A stretch of 59,525 bases of DNA, counting the filler. It is 9 parts of 9 records of this genome, joined end to end, with 100 filler letters (N's around TTAATTAATTAA, not from the genome) between each part and the next. Parts side by side here need not be neighbours in the genome. Positions count along the whole stretch, not along the records: positions 8,170 to 14,583 come from SRR31156797_128272; positions 14,684 to 23,170 come from SRR31156797_128479; 7 more parts are not named here. One strand, given 5' to 3'. The translations under genes were made by a program, and so were the position numbers. Below, in pieces: positions 9,568-19,231 of this stretch (the stretch's first letter is position 1; each line of letters begins with the position of its first letter). Under the pieces are notes generated by a model, which saw nothing but the letters and a program-made list of their open reading frames with translations, did no database searches and was not told the origin of the DNA.

Positions 9568-9930
9568 GGTTCTCGCTCCCCAGATGTCATGCGATTCGTC
9601 CAAACTGGACGGTGCAATTCGAACACGGCGCGACTCGATCCGCCGAAACGGTGGTTTGCCGAGGACCGACCGACTATCGGCCACCGGACCACTGCCATCG
9701 CGTTTCGACGCGTCCGAACCGTGTCACGGACGCATCGGTTTCCGTGCCCTCCCGTTCTAAACGCGCAGCCATGACAGATTTTTTAAACTTTGTTGAAGAA
9801 TAAAATATCAGTTCCTTTTTATGCACAGAGTTGCAATTTTATTTCGTGCGGATAGGGTGGCGGCGGCGCCTATCGGGCCGTGACTTGGGGCTTGAATACG
9901 CTCGCTTGCCGATTTGAAGGCCGGATGCCA

Positions 9931-11190
9931 ATGAGCCGGAAACGGAGGTCGAATATCTTGAACATTGGCATTCACGCCGGCACCAATGTCGAACAGACTC
10001 GCACCTACAACCGGCGCGCCGTGTTGCAGGCCATACGGTTGGGCGGGCCGATTTCGCGGCCGGAACTGGCCGACCTGACCGGGCTGACGGCGCAGACGGT
10101 TTCGATCATCACCCGGGAATTGATCGAAACCGATCTCATCGAAATTGCCGGCCGGCGGCAGGGTCGCCGCGGGCATCCGGCCGTCGAACTGCAGATCAAT
10201 CCGTCCGGTGCCTTCGCCATCGGCGTCAGCCTCGATCAGGATCGCATCGTCATTCTGCTGGTTGATCTGCAGGGAAACATTCATCACCGCCTGAGTCTGA
10301 AGACGGATTTTCCGCCTCCCGAAACAGCGCTTCCCCTGATCGCCGAGAGAATCACCCAAATGGCGGCGACGGATCCGGAACGGGCCGGCAAGCTGCTGGG
10401 CATCGGCATGGCCGTTCCCGGCCGGTTGAGTTTGAACCATGAACTGGTTATCCCGCCGAGCCGATTGCAGGCCTGGAACCAGGTGCCGATCGTCTCGCAT
10501 CTGTCCGCGGCCACCGGCCTTCCGGTGATCCTGGAGAACGACGCCAACGCCGCGGCCGTCGGTGAAAGCCTTTACGGGGTCAGTCGGGGATTTCAAAATT
10601 TCGTATACGTTTTCCTGGGCGCCGGCCTTGGCTGCGGAATCATGACGAACGGCTTTCCCTATCGCGGGACGACCGGTTTCGCAGGCGAATTCGGATTGTT
10701 TCCAACCGATGGCGGGAACCCCGCGGGTCAAGGATTCTCGGGGTTGTCCGATCACGTTTCCCTGTTTCAGCTTTGTGCCCGGTTGAAGGCGCGCGGCTAC
10801 GGGGCCGTCCGCCCGGAGGATTTGCAGGAGCTGTGCGAATCTGCCGATCCATGCGTCGAAGAATGGCTCGACGAGGCCTCTTCGCTGCTGTTTCAGCCGA
10901 TCCAGGCGCTGCAATGCCTGCTCGATCCGCAGGCCATCCTGTTCGGCGGCCCGGCACCGTCGATCCTGATCGACGCCCTTTTGACGCGCCTGGAAATCAG
11001 GCTCTCGGAAATGACCGAAAATCGCTTGATCGCGCCGAAACTGATGCGGGCGACGTCCGGCGAAGACGCTGCCGCCCTTGGCGCCGCCGTACTGCCGGTA
11101 TATGACGCCCTGTCGGCCCATCCCGACGCCTTTCTGAACCGCGCCGTCGGCCGTGCCGCGCCGCTGGGATCGGGGAGTTTTTTTTCGTAG
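9931..11190 (+). CDS. ROK family transcriptional regulator (NagC/XylR-like)
   Basis: HTH ISRPELADLTGLTAQTVS; ENDANAAAVGE, GAGLGCG, GFAGEFG; exact start uncertain. Confidence 0.9.
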   Translation: MSRKRRSNILNIGIHAGTNVEQTRTYNRRAVLQAIRLGGPISRPELADLTGLTAQTVSIITRELIETDLIEIAGRRQGRRGHPAVELQINPSGAFAIGVSLDQDRIVILLVDLQGNIHHRLSLKTDFPPPETALPLIAERITQMAATDPERAGKLLGIGMAVPGRLSLNHELVIPPSRLQAWNQVPIVSHLSAATGLPVILENDANAAAVGESLYGVSRGFQNFVYVFLGAGLGCGIMTNGFPYRGTTGFAGEFGLFPTDGGNPAGQGFSGLSDHVSLFQLCARLKARGYGAVRPEDLQELCESADPCVEEWLDEASSLLFQPIQALQCLLDPQAILFGGPAPSILIDALLTRLEIRLSEMTENRLIAPKLMRATSGEDAAALGAAVLPVYDALSAHPDAFLNRAVGRAAPLGSGSFFS

Positions 11191-11227
11191 TGTGAAGCGG
11201 CAGCCTAGGGAAAAAAAGAGGAACCGG

Positions 11228-12151
11228 ATGAAGTTCGTCACCCTCAACATGCAATACGGCCTCGGCAAGGACGGCAGATACGACCTCGCCCGAACGGCGG
11301 AAGCGGTGCGCGGCGCCGATGTCATCGCCCTGCAGGAGGTCGAACGCTTCTGGCAGCGTTCGGGCAATGTCGATCAGGCCGCCGACCTGGCCGATATGTT
11401 CGACGGTTATTACTGGGTCTACGCCCCCGGCCTCGACATGGACGCCGGATTTATGGACGACGACGGCAGGCTGATCAACCGCCGGCGCCAACATGGGGTC
11501 ATGCTGATGGCCCGCCGGCCGATCATTTCGACCCGCACGTTCCCGCTGCCGAAATGGGGAACCCGGGTTCAGCACAGCCTGCAACTGGTCCTGCTGGAAG
11601 GGGTCATCGAGACCGCCGCCGGAGCGATCCGTATCTTCACCTCGAAGCTCTGCCACCTGGTGCCGGAAACCCGCCTGCCGCAGATCGAATTCATTCTCGA
11701 TATCCGCCAACGGGCGGCACGCGAAGGCGGCGCCTGGTGCGGCGGCCACCCGAATTCGCAATCGGGCTGGGTCGAGGGAACCGAACCGCCGATGCCGCGG
11801 GATCTGATCTGGCTCGGCGACATGAACTTCCGGCCCGATTCGGCCGAATACGACCGCATCGTCGGTCCCTTTTCGGCCCATCACGGCCGCCTCAACAACC
11901 GCGACGGCCTGATCGACGCCTGGGTGGCTGCCGGCCACACGGAAAACGACGGCATCACCCGTCCCGGCATGACCGATCCCCTGGAACCCGGGCGCACCAT
12001 CGAAGCCAGGCTGGATTACGCCTTCGTAACGCCGGCCCTGGCCGAGCGCGTCACCGATGCCCGGGTCGATGCACAATCGCAGGCATCCGATCATCAGCCG
12101 GTCTGGTTCGATTTGGACCTGGAAAGCCCGACCCCGGTTTTGGGCGCCTGA
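11228..12151 (+). CDS. Endonuclease/exonuclease/phosphatase (EEP) family hydrolase
   Basis: VTLNMQ, DVIALQEV, LGDMN, RLDYAF, SDHQPV; GAGGA RBS. Confidence 0.88.
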   Translation: MKFVTLNMQYGLGKDGRYDLARTAEAVRGADVIALQEVERFWQRSGNVDQAADLADMFDGYYWVYAPGLDMDAGFMDDDGRLINRRRQHGVMLMARRPIISTRTFPLPKWGTRVQHSLQLVLLEGVIETAAGAIRIFTSKLCHLVPETRLPQIEFILDIRQRAAREGGAWCGGHPNSQSGWVEGTEPPMPRDLIWLGDMNFRPDSAEYDRIVGPFSAHHGRLNNRDGLIDAWVAAGHTENDGITRPGMTDPLEPGRTIEARLDYAFVTPALAERVTDARVDAQSQASDHQPVWFDLDLESPTPVLGA

Positions 12152-12178
12152 GCCGACCGGAGATGCGGCGGCGTGTAT

Positions 12179-13120
12179 TCAGGAAAGCGTTCGTTTCCCG
12201 CCGTGCCTGCGATTTCCGGGCACCGCGAGCACGGCCACGAAAACCGCCGCCAGGGCGATGAAACCAAGTAGGGACAATTTCGTCCAAAGGACCTGTGGAT
12301 GATGGGCCCAGCCGTCGATGACGATCGGATAGCCGATGACGAAGTGTCCGGAAATCAGAAAGCTGCGCGGCACCGTGGCGAACCAAGTCGACTGGCGCAG
12401 TTGCAGGATCGGCGTATCAAGCATACCGCCTCCAAAATAATAGGCCTCGGAAACGAGCCCGCGGGCGCCGGCGCGGATGGCGGTCTCGAACGCGCCATAT
12501 TCGATGGAAACGGCCTCTTTGCCTTTCCCGAAAAAAAGCCTGAGAAGATCCGACATGGACAGCAGATTGCCGTCGCGCCCCCTGAACAGCACCGCGTGCT
12601 GGGCGTCGACGAGTTGCCATCGGCCACGTTCGGGATTGAAATATTCGACCATCGAATGCCCCTGTCCCCGCAGCCAGCCCGGCGCCACCAAATGCCATTC
12701 CCGGGCCTTCAGGCCCTGGCGCCAGGCAGCCAGGATGAAAAGCTGTGTCGCATCGGTGCAGTAGAAAGGTTTGGACCGGATCTCGGCAATCCATTTGGCG
12801 AAATCGAGATCCGTATAGTTGGGGATTCCGTCGACTCCCGCCATCGGGCTGAAGGCTTGAATGGCGGCCAGGGTTCGGCGCAGCCCCGCCTCGGTCCTGA
12901 GGTCGCCGGCTACAAGATCGACGGCACCCATGGCCCGAGCCGACTGCGAGGCCGGCAACAACCAGGATTCCGTATCGACGAGGTCGATATAGTCGAGCGG
13001 TATGGGGATAAACCGCAAATAAAAACGCTGCACATAGACATGATATGCCAGCCCCGCCATGACGACGGCGAGGATCAGAAGAACTGCTGATCGGTTTCGA
13101 ATGAGGGCGAAGGCGGGCAT
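12179..13120 (-). CDS. Membrane-anchored transglutaminase-like (Cys-His-Asp) protein
   Basis: FYCTD..GLKAR..GHSMVEYF..WQLVDA pattern; N- and C-terminal TM helices; start reassigned to MPAFALIR. Confidence 0.65.
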   Translation of the reverse strand: MPAFALIRNRSAVLLILAVVMAGLAYHVYVQRFYLRFIPIPLDYIDLVDTESWLLPASQSARAMGAVDLVAGDLRTEAGLRRTLAAIQAFSPMAGVDGIPNYTDLDFAKWIAEIRSKPFYCTDATQLFILAAWRQGLKAREWHLVAPGWLRGQGHSMVEYFNPERGRWQLVDAQHAVLFRGRDGNLLSMSDLLRLFFGKGKEAVSIEYGAFETAIRAGARGLVSEAYYFGGGMLDTPILQLRQSTWFATVPRSFLISGHFVIGYPIVIDGWAHHPQVLWTKLSLLGFIALAAVFVAVLAVPGNRRHGGKRTLS

Positions 13121-13182
13121 CGGCCAATCTTGCCGGATTCCGGCTCGGGTTGAAAGTCCGCTCGCGAGCCGCCGGTTCGGGC

Positions 13183-14481
13183 TTAGGGTTTCGCCGCCGG
13201 CGCCGGTTGGCGTTCGACGGTGGCCACGGCAATCGCCGAAACCAGCCAAATCGCCGCAAACCACCAGCTTTGCCAGATTCCGAAGGATCCGCAGGCTACG
13301 ACCAGTGCCGAAACGAACATGGCCAGAAGCCCGGCCCGCCCGCGTTCGGTTACGGGTGCGGCCGACATCGCCTTGAGTCCGGCCAACAGCAACGCGATCG
13401 CCGCAAGGGCGCCCGGCAGGCCAAGATCGAGCCAGACCTGCAGCACGCCGTTGTGGGGGTGCAGCGGCAGGATCTGGCTTTTGAAATAGGCCAGCATGCC
13501 CGCCTTCCGGTGCGGCGGAGTCGGTGAAACATACTTCTTCGGCAATTCGACGGCGTAGCGATCCTGGAAAGTGCGCGAACTGTCGAGCCCCCAACCGAAA
13601 ATCGGCCGTTCGCCAATGCGATCGGACGCGAACTGCCAGATGGACAGGCGGTGGATCGCCGAATAGGGCAGCGCCGGGGTCATTTCGATGGCCACCGACG
13701 GCTGCGGCATCAGCGGCGGCAGCAAGGGCGCCAACAGGAAACCGGCAACGACAACGACACGGACGGCCCGAAAGGCGCCGGTCGGGCAAAACCTCGCGAT
13801 TGCATAGACGATCGCGCCGACGGCAAAGGCAATGATTGCCGTCAGGTTGTCCAGAGCCAGCAGGGCCGCGGCCAGAACGAGGACGATGGCGGCCCTTGCG
13901 ACGGGATGCCATCTTCCGCCGGTGGCGGCGACGATCGCCCATATGACGAAGGCGAACAGGGCAACGGTAATATTGTAGATCAGCAAGCCGTCGAGCGGGT
14001 TCGCTTCGTCCCTGCCCAGGAACCAGGAAACCACAAGTCCGTCCGTGGCAATCTCACCCGACAGAAAAGCCAGAGCCGGCAGGAAACCGGCAACGAAACA
14101 AAGCCGGACGCGGCGGCGGTCCGATTGCGGCAAATCGCCGGCGGCTCCGATCAGCAGCAATCCCGCAAAGCCGGCGAAGGCGAGCTTGCCGACGGTCAAC
14201 ACCGAATGGGCACCCGGCGGGCTCCACAGGGCGCTGATCAGGCCCCACATCAAGAGGGCCGCAAGGGCCAACGCGGCGCCCAGGGAAATCGGCGGAATCC
14301 ACCGTTCATCACGCCAATAGAGACCCCCGGTAAGGACGGCGCCGATAATCAGCGTCACGGCCAAACCGCGCGCCACCGAAACGGCCAGAACCGGAACAAC
14401 GACGCCAAGGGCGGCGATCGGCCAGGAATAGGATTTGTTCAAAACGCTTCCTCGATACATCCGCCGGCGCGGCGGGGCCAT
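13183..14481 (-). CDS. O-antigen ligase (WaaL/Wzy_C) family protein
   Basis: Polytopic; HRLSIWQ..RPIFGWG and HPHNGVLQVWLDLGLPG. Confidence 0.85.
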   Translation of the reverse strand: MAPPRRRMYRGSVLNKSYSWPIAALGVVVPVLAVSVARGLAVTLIIGAVLTGGLYWRDERWIPPISLGAALALAALLMWGLISALWSPPGAHSVLTVGKLAFAGFAGLLLIGAAGDLPQSDRRRVRLCFVAGFLPALAFLSGEIATDGLVVSWFLGRDEANPLDGLLIYNITVALFAFVIWAIVAATGGRWHPVARAAIVLVLAAALLALDNLTAIIAFAVGAIVYAIARFCPTGAFRAVRVVVVAGFLLAPLLPPLMPQPSVAIEMTPALPYSAIHRLSIWQFASDRIGERPIFGWGLDSSRTFQDRYAVELPKKYVSPTPPHRKAGMLAYFKSQILPLHPHNGVLQVWLDLGLPGALAAIALLLAGLKAMSAAPVTERGRAGLLAMFVSALVVACGSFGIWQSWWFAAIWLVSAIAVATVERQPAPAAKP

Positions 14482-14583
14482 CGCTGCGTTTATCCCCGTA
14501 GCGGCATGTAAAAATCAAGGGTGGCGTGTTGGCGTGCGGGCGCGGCGGCGTTTTGCGGGCCTGAAATAGCGATCAGCGATCCG

Positions 14584-14683
14584 NNNNNNNNNNNNNNNNN
14601 NNNNNNNNNNNNNNNNNNNNNNNNNNNTTAATTAATTAANNNNNNNNNNNNNNNNNNNNNNNNNNNNNNNNNNNNNNNNNNNN
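14584..14683. other. Artificial contig spacer
   Basis: N44-TTAATTAATTAA-N44. Confidence 0.98.
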
Positions 14684-14713
14684 GCCGCCTTTACAAATCA
14701 AAAACCGACGAAT

Positions 14714-17700
14714 GTGAAAAAAATGAACCTTCTGTCAAGATACAAGTCCCTTGCGCCCTGGAAAAAAATCTTCCTCTGGACTACGGCCTGCCTGTTGCTC
14801 CATGGGATCACGGGATTTTTCATCCTGCCCGCCATCATCAAAACCGTTTCGGTGAACCAGTTGACAACCCAACTGAAAAGAAACGTTACCATCAACAAGG
14901 TCCGGGCAAACCCCTACACCCTCTCCTTCACGGTGGAGGGCCTTACCATCATGGACAGGGACGGTGGTCACCCTTTTTTCGCCTTTGAGACCCTGCATTT
15001 AAACCTGGGGAGCGGCTCCCTTATCAAGCTTGCCCCGGTGGTCCAGGAATTCAGCATTGACACCCCCGCCCTCCGCCTGGTCCGGCTCGAGAACGCCCTT
15101 TACAACTTTTCAGACCTTCTTCCCAAGCCCGGCCCCACCCCAACCACGGTTGAGGCCAAGGACGCTCCCAAAGATTTTTTCCGATTCCTCCTCGCCAACC
15201 TGTCGATCCATAACGGCCGGATCGATATCCGGGACGAGGTCAAGGGAAAGACCCATACCCTGGCCAATCTCAACCTGGCTGTGCCCTTTGTTTCCAGCCT
15301 GGTACCGGATGGGGAGACCTTTGTAACCCCCCATTTTTCGATCCGTATCAACGATGCCCTTTTAACGATTTCAGCAAAGACAAAACCCTTTGCCAGCTCC
15401 CTTGAAACATGCATCGACCTTGACCTCAAGGGCATGAACCTGAACCGCTATCTCACCTACCTGCCGGTGGAGACCAATATCAAAAGCATGACAGGCGCTG
15501 CCGACCTCTCCCTGTCCCTTTGCTATTCAAAGGAACAACCGGACACCCCCAAAGCCTCCCTGTCAGGGTCACTGAACCTGACCAATCTTTCCGTGGAGAC
15601 CATCCAGGGAGACACCCTCCTGAACCTCAACCGGTTCGAGGCGGTGCTCAACCCGTCAACCCCCCTTAACGGAGATTTCAACATCGGCCGCATCTTCCTG
15701 GACGCTCCCACCATCCATCTGGTCAGGGACGCCCAGGGGAATCTCAACATCAACAACCTGGTGCCCCCCGCAAAAGAAACGCCGCCCCGGAGCGAACAGC
15801 CCCCCGTCCCTTTCACCATCACCCTTGATGAAGCACGGCTCAGCCAGGGAAAAGTCCTTGTAACCGACCGGTTCAACAGCAAGGATACCAAGCCCGCCCC
15901 CCGGGAATTTGCAACCCTCGGCACCCTTGTGGCAAGCCAGGCGAGGATCGACTCGACGGAAAAGCGAATCACCCTAGAAAAATTCATTGCCGACACCGGC
16001 GTTCTCACGATCCAACGATCAACGGACAACCGGTTGAACCTGGAAGCCTTTGGGTCCGGCGGCAAGGAGAAAGAAAAGAAAGAGCCGGCCGCCCACGGGG
16101 CCACCCCCTGGAAGACCGAGGCGGATGAGGTGGTGCTGGACAATTTTGCCGTCAAGGGCATGGGTCTGGCCCGGCCCGGCGAAGGAGACATCATCCTGGA
16201 CAATCTCAAATTCAGGGCCACGGCCCTTTCCACCCTGCCCGGCAAAGAAACCCCTGTGGACCTGGGTGTCAGGATCAACACAACCGGCGGCCTGGAAGTC
16301 AAGGGCAAGGTGGGATTGAACCCGGCCACGGCCGACCTGGACCTGACCCTTGAAGGGATCGATCTTGCCTGGGCCCAGCCCTTTCTATCCGACCACCTGA
16401 ACATTATGCTTTCAAACGGCCGGCTCGCGGCAAAGGGGAACCTGGCCATGGCCCGGCCCGGCACCCCGGATTTCAAGGCGGGATTCACCGGCGACGCCCG
16501 GATAACCGGCCTGAGTGTCACCGAGCCCCACCTGGGAGACGAAATTGTGGCCTGGGAGCGCCTTGGGTTCAACGGAATGGATATCGGCATTGCTCCGGTA
16601 CATGCGTCCATTGCCGAAATCACCCTGAAGCGGCCCCTGGGACGCATCGTTCTGGATCAGGACAAACGGCTCAATCTTCAGAAAATCCTGAAGCCCCGGA
16701 AACAGGCATCCAAGACACCCAAACAGAAAGCACCGGAAAAAAACAAGCCGGAACAACCGGTCCCGGTGACCATCGGCCGTGTTCTCCTGGAAAAGGGCAA
16801 CTTCGAGTTTACGGACAAATCCATCCAACCGGAATTCAAGGTAACCCTGAGCGACATCGACACAACCATCAAGGATCTCGACTCCCGGGAGACGCAACGG
16901 GCCGATGTTGACATCAACGCCCAGGTGAACAACCATGCAAGCCTTGCAGTCACCGGAAAAATCAATCCCCTGACACAGGACCTTTTCCTGGACACCCGGG
17001 TACGGCTACAGGACCTGGACCTTGGCACGGCCAGCCCCTATGCGGGGAAATATGCCGGTTACACCATCCAGAAGGGAAAACTCTCCATGGATCTGAGCTA
17101 CCACATCGACAACCGGGCCCTTGATTCCAAAAACGATCTTTTCATCGACCAGTTTGATTTTGGGGCCCCCACGGGAAGCGAGACAGCCGTAAACGCACCG
17201 GTCAAGCTAGCCATCGCCCTGCTGAAGGATACCAGCGGCAAAATCAGCCTGAACCTGCCGGTCAAGGGTCACCTGGACGATCCCGAATTCAGCGTCGCCG
17301 GCATCATCGTCAAAATGGTTTCCAACCTTCTTGCCAAGGCCGCCACCTCCCCCTTTTCCCTGTTGGGTTCAATGTTCGGCGGAGGGGAGGACCTCAATAT
17401 TATAGACTTTCCCCCCGGCGCCACCGTGCCCACCCCCCGGGCCATGGAGAAGATCGCCGTCCTTGCAAAAGCCCTTGGGGAGCGCCCGGGACTCGGCCTT
17501 GAAATCACGGGCCATGCCGACCTTGACAAGGACAGGAAAGCCATGGAGGACAGAAGGTTCAACCGGACCCTGAAAGCCATCAAGCTTGCCGAAATGATCG
17601 ACCAGGGCGCCCAGGGCATGCCGGTTGATGAGATTCCCCTCCCGGATGAGGAATTTGCAGATTACCTTTCAAAGGCGTACAGGGCAACCCTTGCAGATCC

Positions 17701-17974
17701 GGACAGCGCCTCCGATGACGGGGCCGGGACCCCTCCTGAAACAACCGGTCCCGATCTCTCCCAAATGGAGGAAAGTGTGAGGAAAACCATTGCCGTAAGC
17801 GACGACGACCTGGGACACCTGGCCCATGCCCGGGCCCAGGCAGTGGCGGACCGGATCCTGGCCGGGGGGAACATAGACCCGGGACGGATCTTCATGGTGG
17901 AACCCAAACACATCGAACCCGCGGGAGAAAAGGAAGGGATCTCCCCGGCTTCGGTTCTCCTGAAACTGCTATGA
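14714..17974 (+). CDS. DUF748-containing (AsmA-like superfamily) envelope protein with OmpA-like C-terminus
   Basis: N-terminal TM then GFFILP..NPYTL; repeated beta-rich modules; SPYAGKYAGY, LAIALLKD..LPVKGHLDDPEFS, ATSPFSLL. Confidence 0.8.
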   Translation: MKKMNLLSRYKSLAPWKKIFLWTTACLLLHGITGFFILPAIIKTVSVNQLTTQLKRNVTINKVRANPYTLSFTVEGLTIMDRDGGHPFFAFETLHLNLGSGSLIKLAPVVQEFSIDTPALRLVRLENALYNFSDLLPKPGPTPTTVEAKDAPKDFFRFLLANLSIHNGRIDIRDEVKGKTHTLANLNLAVPFVSSLVPDGETFVTPHFSIRINDALLTISAKTKPFASSLETCIDLDLKGMNLNRYLTYLPVETNIKSMTGAADLSLSLCYSKEQPDTPKASLSGSLNLTNLSVETIQGDTLLNLNRFEAVLNPSTPLNGDFNIGRIFLDAPTIHLVRDAQGNLNINNLVPPAKETPPRSEQPPVPFTITLDEARLSQGKVLVTDRFNSKDTKPAPREFATLGTLVASQARIDSTEKRITLEKFIADTGVLTIQRSTDNRLNLEAFGSGGKEKEKKEPAAHGATPWKTEADEVVLDNFAVKGMGLARPGEGDIILDNLKFRATALSTLPGKETPVDLGVRINTTGGLEVKGKVGLNPATADLDLTLEGIDLAWAQPFLSDHLNIMLSNGRLAAKGNLAMARPGTPDFKAGFTGDARITGLSVTEPHLGDEIVAWERLGFNGMDIGIAPVHASIAEITLKRPLGRIVLDQDKRLNLQKILKPRKQASKTPKQKAPEKNKPEQPVPVTIGRVLLEKGNFEFTDKSIQPEFKVTLSDIDTTIKDLDSRETQRADVDINAQVNNHASLAVTGKINPLTQDLFLDTRVRLQDLDLGTASPYAGKYAGYTIQKGKLSMDLSYHIDNRALDSKNDLFIDQFDFGAPTGSETAVNAPVKLAIALLKDTSGKISLNLPVKGHLDDPEFSVAGIIVKMVSNLLAKAATSPFSLLGSMFGGGEDLNIIDFPPGATVPTPRAMEKIAVLAKALGERPGLGLEITGHADLDKDRKAMEDRRFNRTLKAIKLAEMIDQGAQGMPVDEIPLPDEEFADYLSKAYRATLADPDSASDDGAGTPPETTGPDLSQMEESVRKTIAVSDDDLGHLAHARAQAVADRILAGGNIDPGRIFMVEPKHIEPAGEKEGISPASVLLKLL

Positions 17975-18039
17975 TCCTTGCCCGATTATGAACGTTTTTG
18001 GCATTTATCGTTATTCCAAATTGTGATACACTGCAAACC

Positions 18040-18375
18040 ATGTACATTATAGCAACAGCCCTATTGATCATCGGAACTCTGGCCGGTGCCGCCTACGGTA
18101 TCATGTTCGAACTGACTCACCTTGAAACCCTCTTCTCGAGCGCAGCAGGCGGTTTTGCAGGAAGCCTTATCGGCGGTGCCCTTTTCACCTATCTCTACCT
18201 CACCGCCGACGAGGAGGAAGACGAGGAGGAAACACCCCATACCGAGACGTTCACCGCCCTTCCCCCAACGGAACAATCCGGGCTTATCCGGGAAAATAAG
18301 CCGGAAAGAGACAAAAAGCCAACCAAACGCATGGAAGATGAATTCCAAGCCATCAAAAACAACAGGAGAAAATAA
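18040..18375 (+). CDS. Small membrane protein (2 TM, acidic tail), unknown function
   Basis: Fills the gap in a co-directional gene run; ATG at 18040 preferred to TTG at 17998. Confidence 0.6.
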   Translation: MYIIATALLIIGTLAGAAYGIMFELTHLETLFSSAAGGFAGSLIGGALFTYLYLTADEEEDEEETPHTETFTALPPTEQSGLIRENKPERDKKPTKRMEDEFQAIKNNRRK

Positions 18376-18382
18376 AAGACGA

Positions 18383-19231
18383 ATGGATATCCAGTGGTTC
18401 CCGGGACATATGAGAGAGACCAAAGAGCTCCTGAAGAAAGCTGTCTCAACGGTTGACGTGGTGATGGAAATTCTTGATGCCAGGATCCCGGTCTCAAGCA
18501 GCAACCCCCTTCTTGACAAGATCTGCCAAAACGTTCTCCGGATCAAGGTGCTGAACAAAAACGACCTTGCCGACCCCGAGACCACCCGGTTGTGGCTCGA
18601 TCATTTCAACCGGCAACCCTCCACAAAGGCCATTGCAATCACGGGAACAGAGAGTTCGGAGACCTGGAAAGCCGCCAATCTCTGCCTCAAGCACGTCAAC
18701 AAGGGAAAGGCCAGAAGAACCCGGATGATGGTCGTGGGCATTCCCAACACGGGAAAGTCAACCATCATCAACACCCTGGCCGGTAAAAAGATCGCCAAAA
18801 CGGGCAATGTGCCGGCCATCACCCGGCACCAGCAGCGGACAGGCCTGAAAAACGGTGTCGACATCTACGATACCCCGGGCATTCTATGGCCCGTGATGGA
18901 GGAACGGGAGACCACCTACCGCCTGGCGGCCAGCGGCGCCATCTCCGACACCGCCATCGACTATACCGAGATCGCCTGCTTTACGGCGGAAATCCTCGTG
19001 AAGCATTACCCGGCTCTTTTGTGTGAACGGTACAAGCTGAGCGCCCCCTTGCCCCAGGAGGGAATATCGCTTGTGGAGGCCATCGGAGCCAAACGGGGAT
19101 GCCTGAAAAAAGGGGGCATCCTCGATTACCAGAAAGCGTCGGAAATCCTCATCCGGGAACTCCGGGCAGGAAAAATCGGCCGAATCAGCCTTGAGACCCC
19201 CAACGATATCACCCCCATGGAGAACATATGA
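18383..19231 (+). CDS. rbgA: Ribosome biogenesis GTPase RbgA/YlqF
   Basis: MDIQWFPGHM, DARIP, NKND, GIPNTGKS, DTPGILWP. Confidence 0.95.
   Translation: MDIQWFPGHMRETKELLKKAVSTVDVVMEILDARIPVSSSNPLLDKICQNVLRIKVLNKNDLADPETTRLWLDHFNRQPSTKAIAITGTESSETWKAANLCLKHVNKGKARRTRMMVVGIPNTGKSTIINTLAGKKIAKTGNVPAITRHQQRTGLKNGVDIYDTPGILWPVMEERETTYRLAASGAISDTAIDYTEIACFTAEILVKHYPALLCERYKLSAPLPQEGISLVEAIGAKRGCLKKGGILDYQKASEILIRELRAGKIGRISLETPNDITPMENI

Noticed and set aside
13121-13942. N-terminal extension making the 12179 ORF 587 aa
   Set aside because: It overlaps the O-antigen ligase in another frame and is low-complexity; the real start is probably 13120
8665-14511. Long antisense or overlapping ORFs (e.g. 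8665-9774, 9808-11367, 10997-12094, 12299-13090)
   Set aside because: Shadow frames of well-supported genes in GC-rich DNA; no motifs, Arg/Pro-rich
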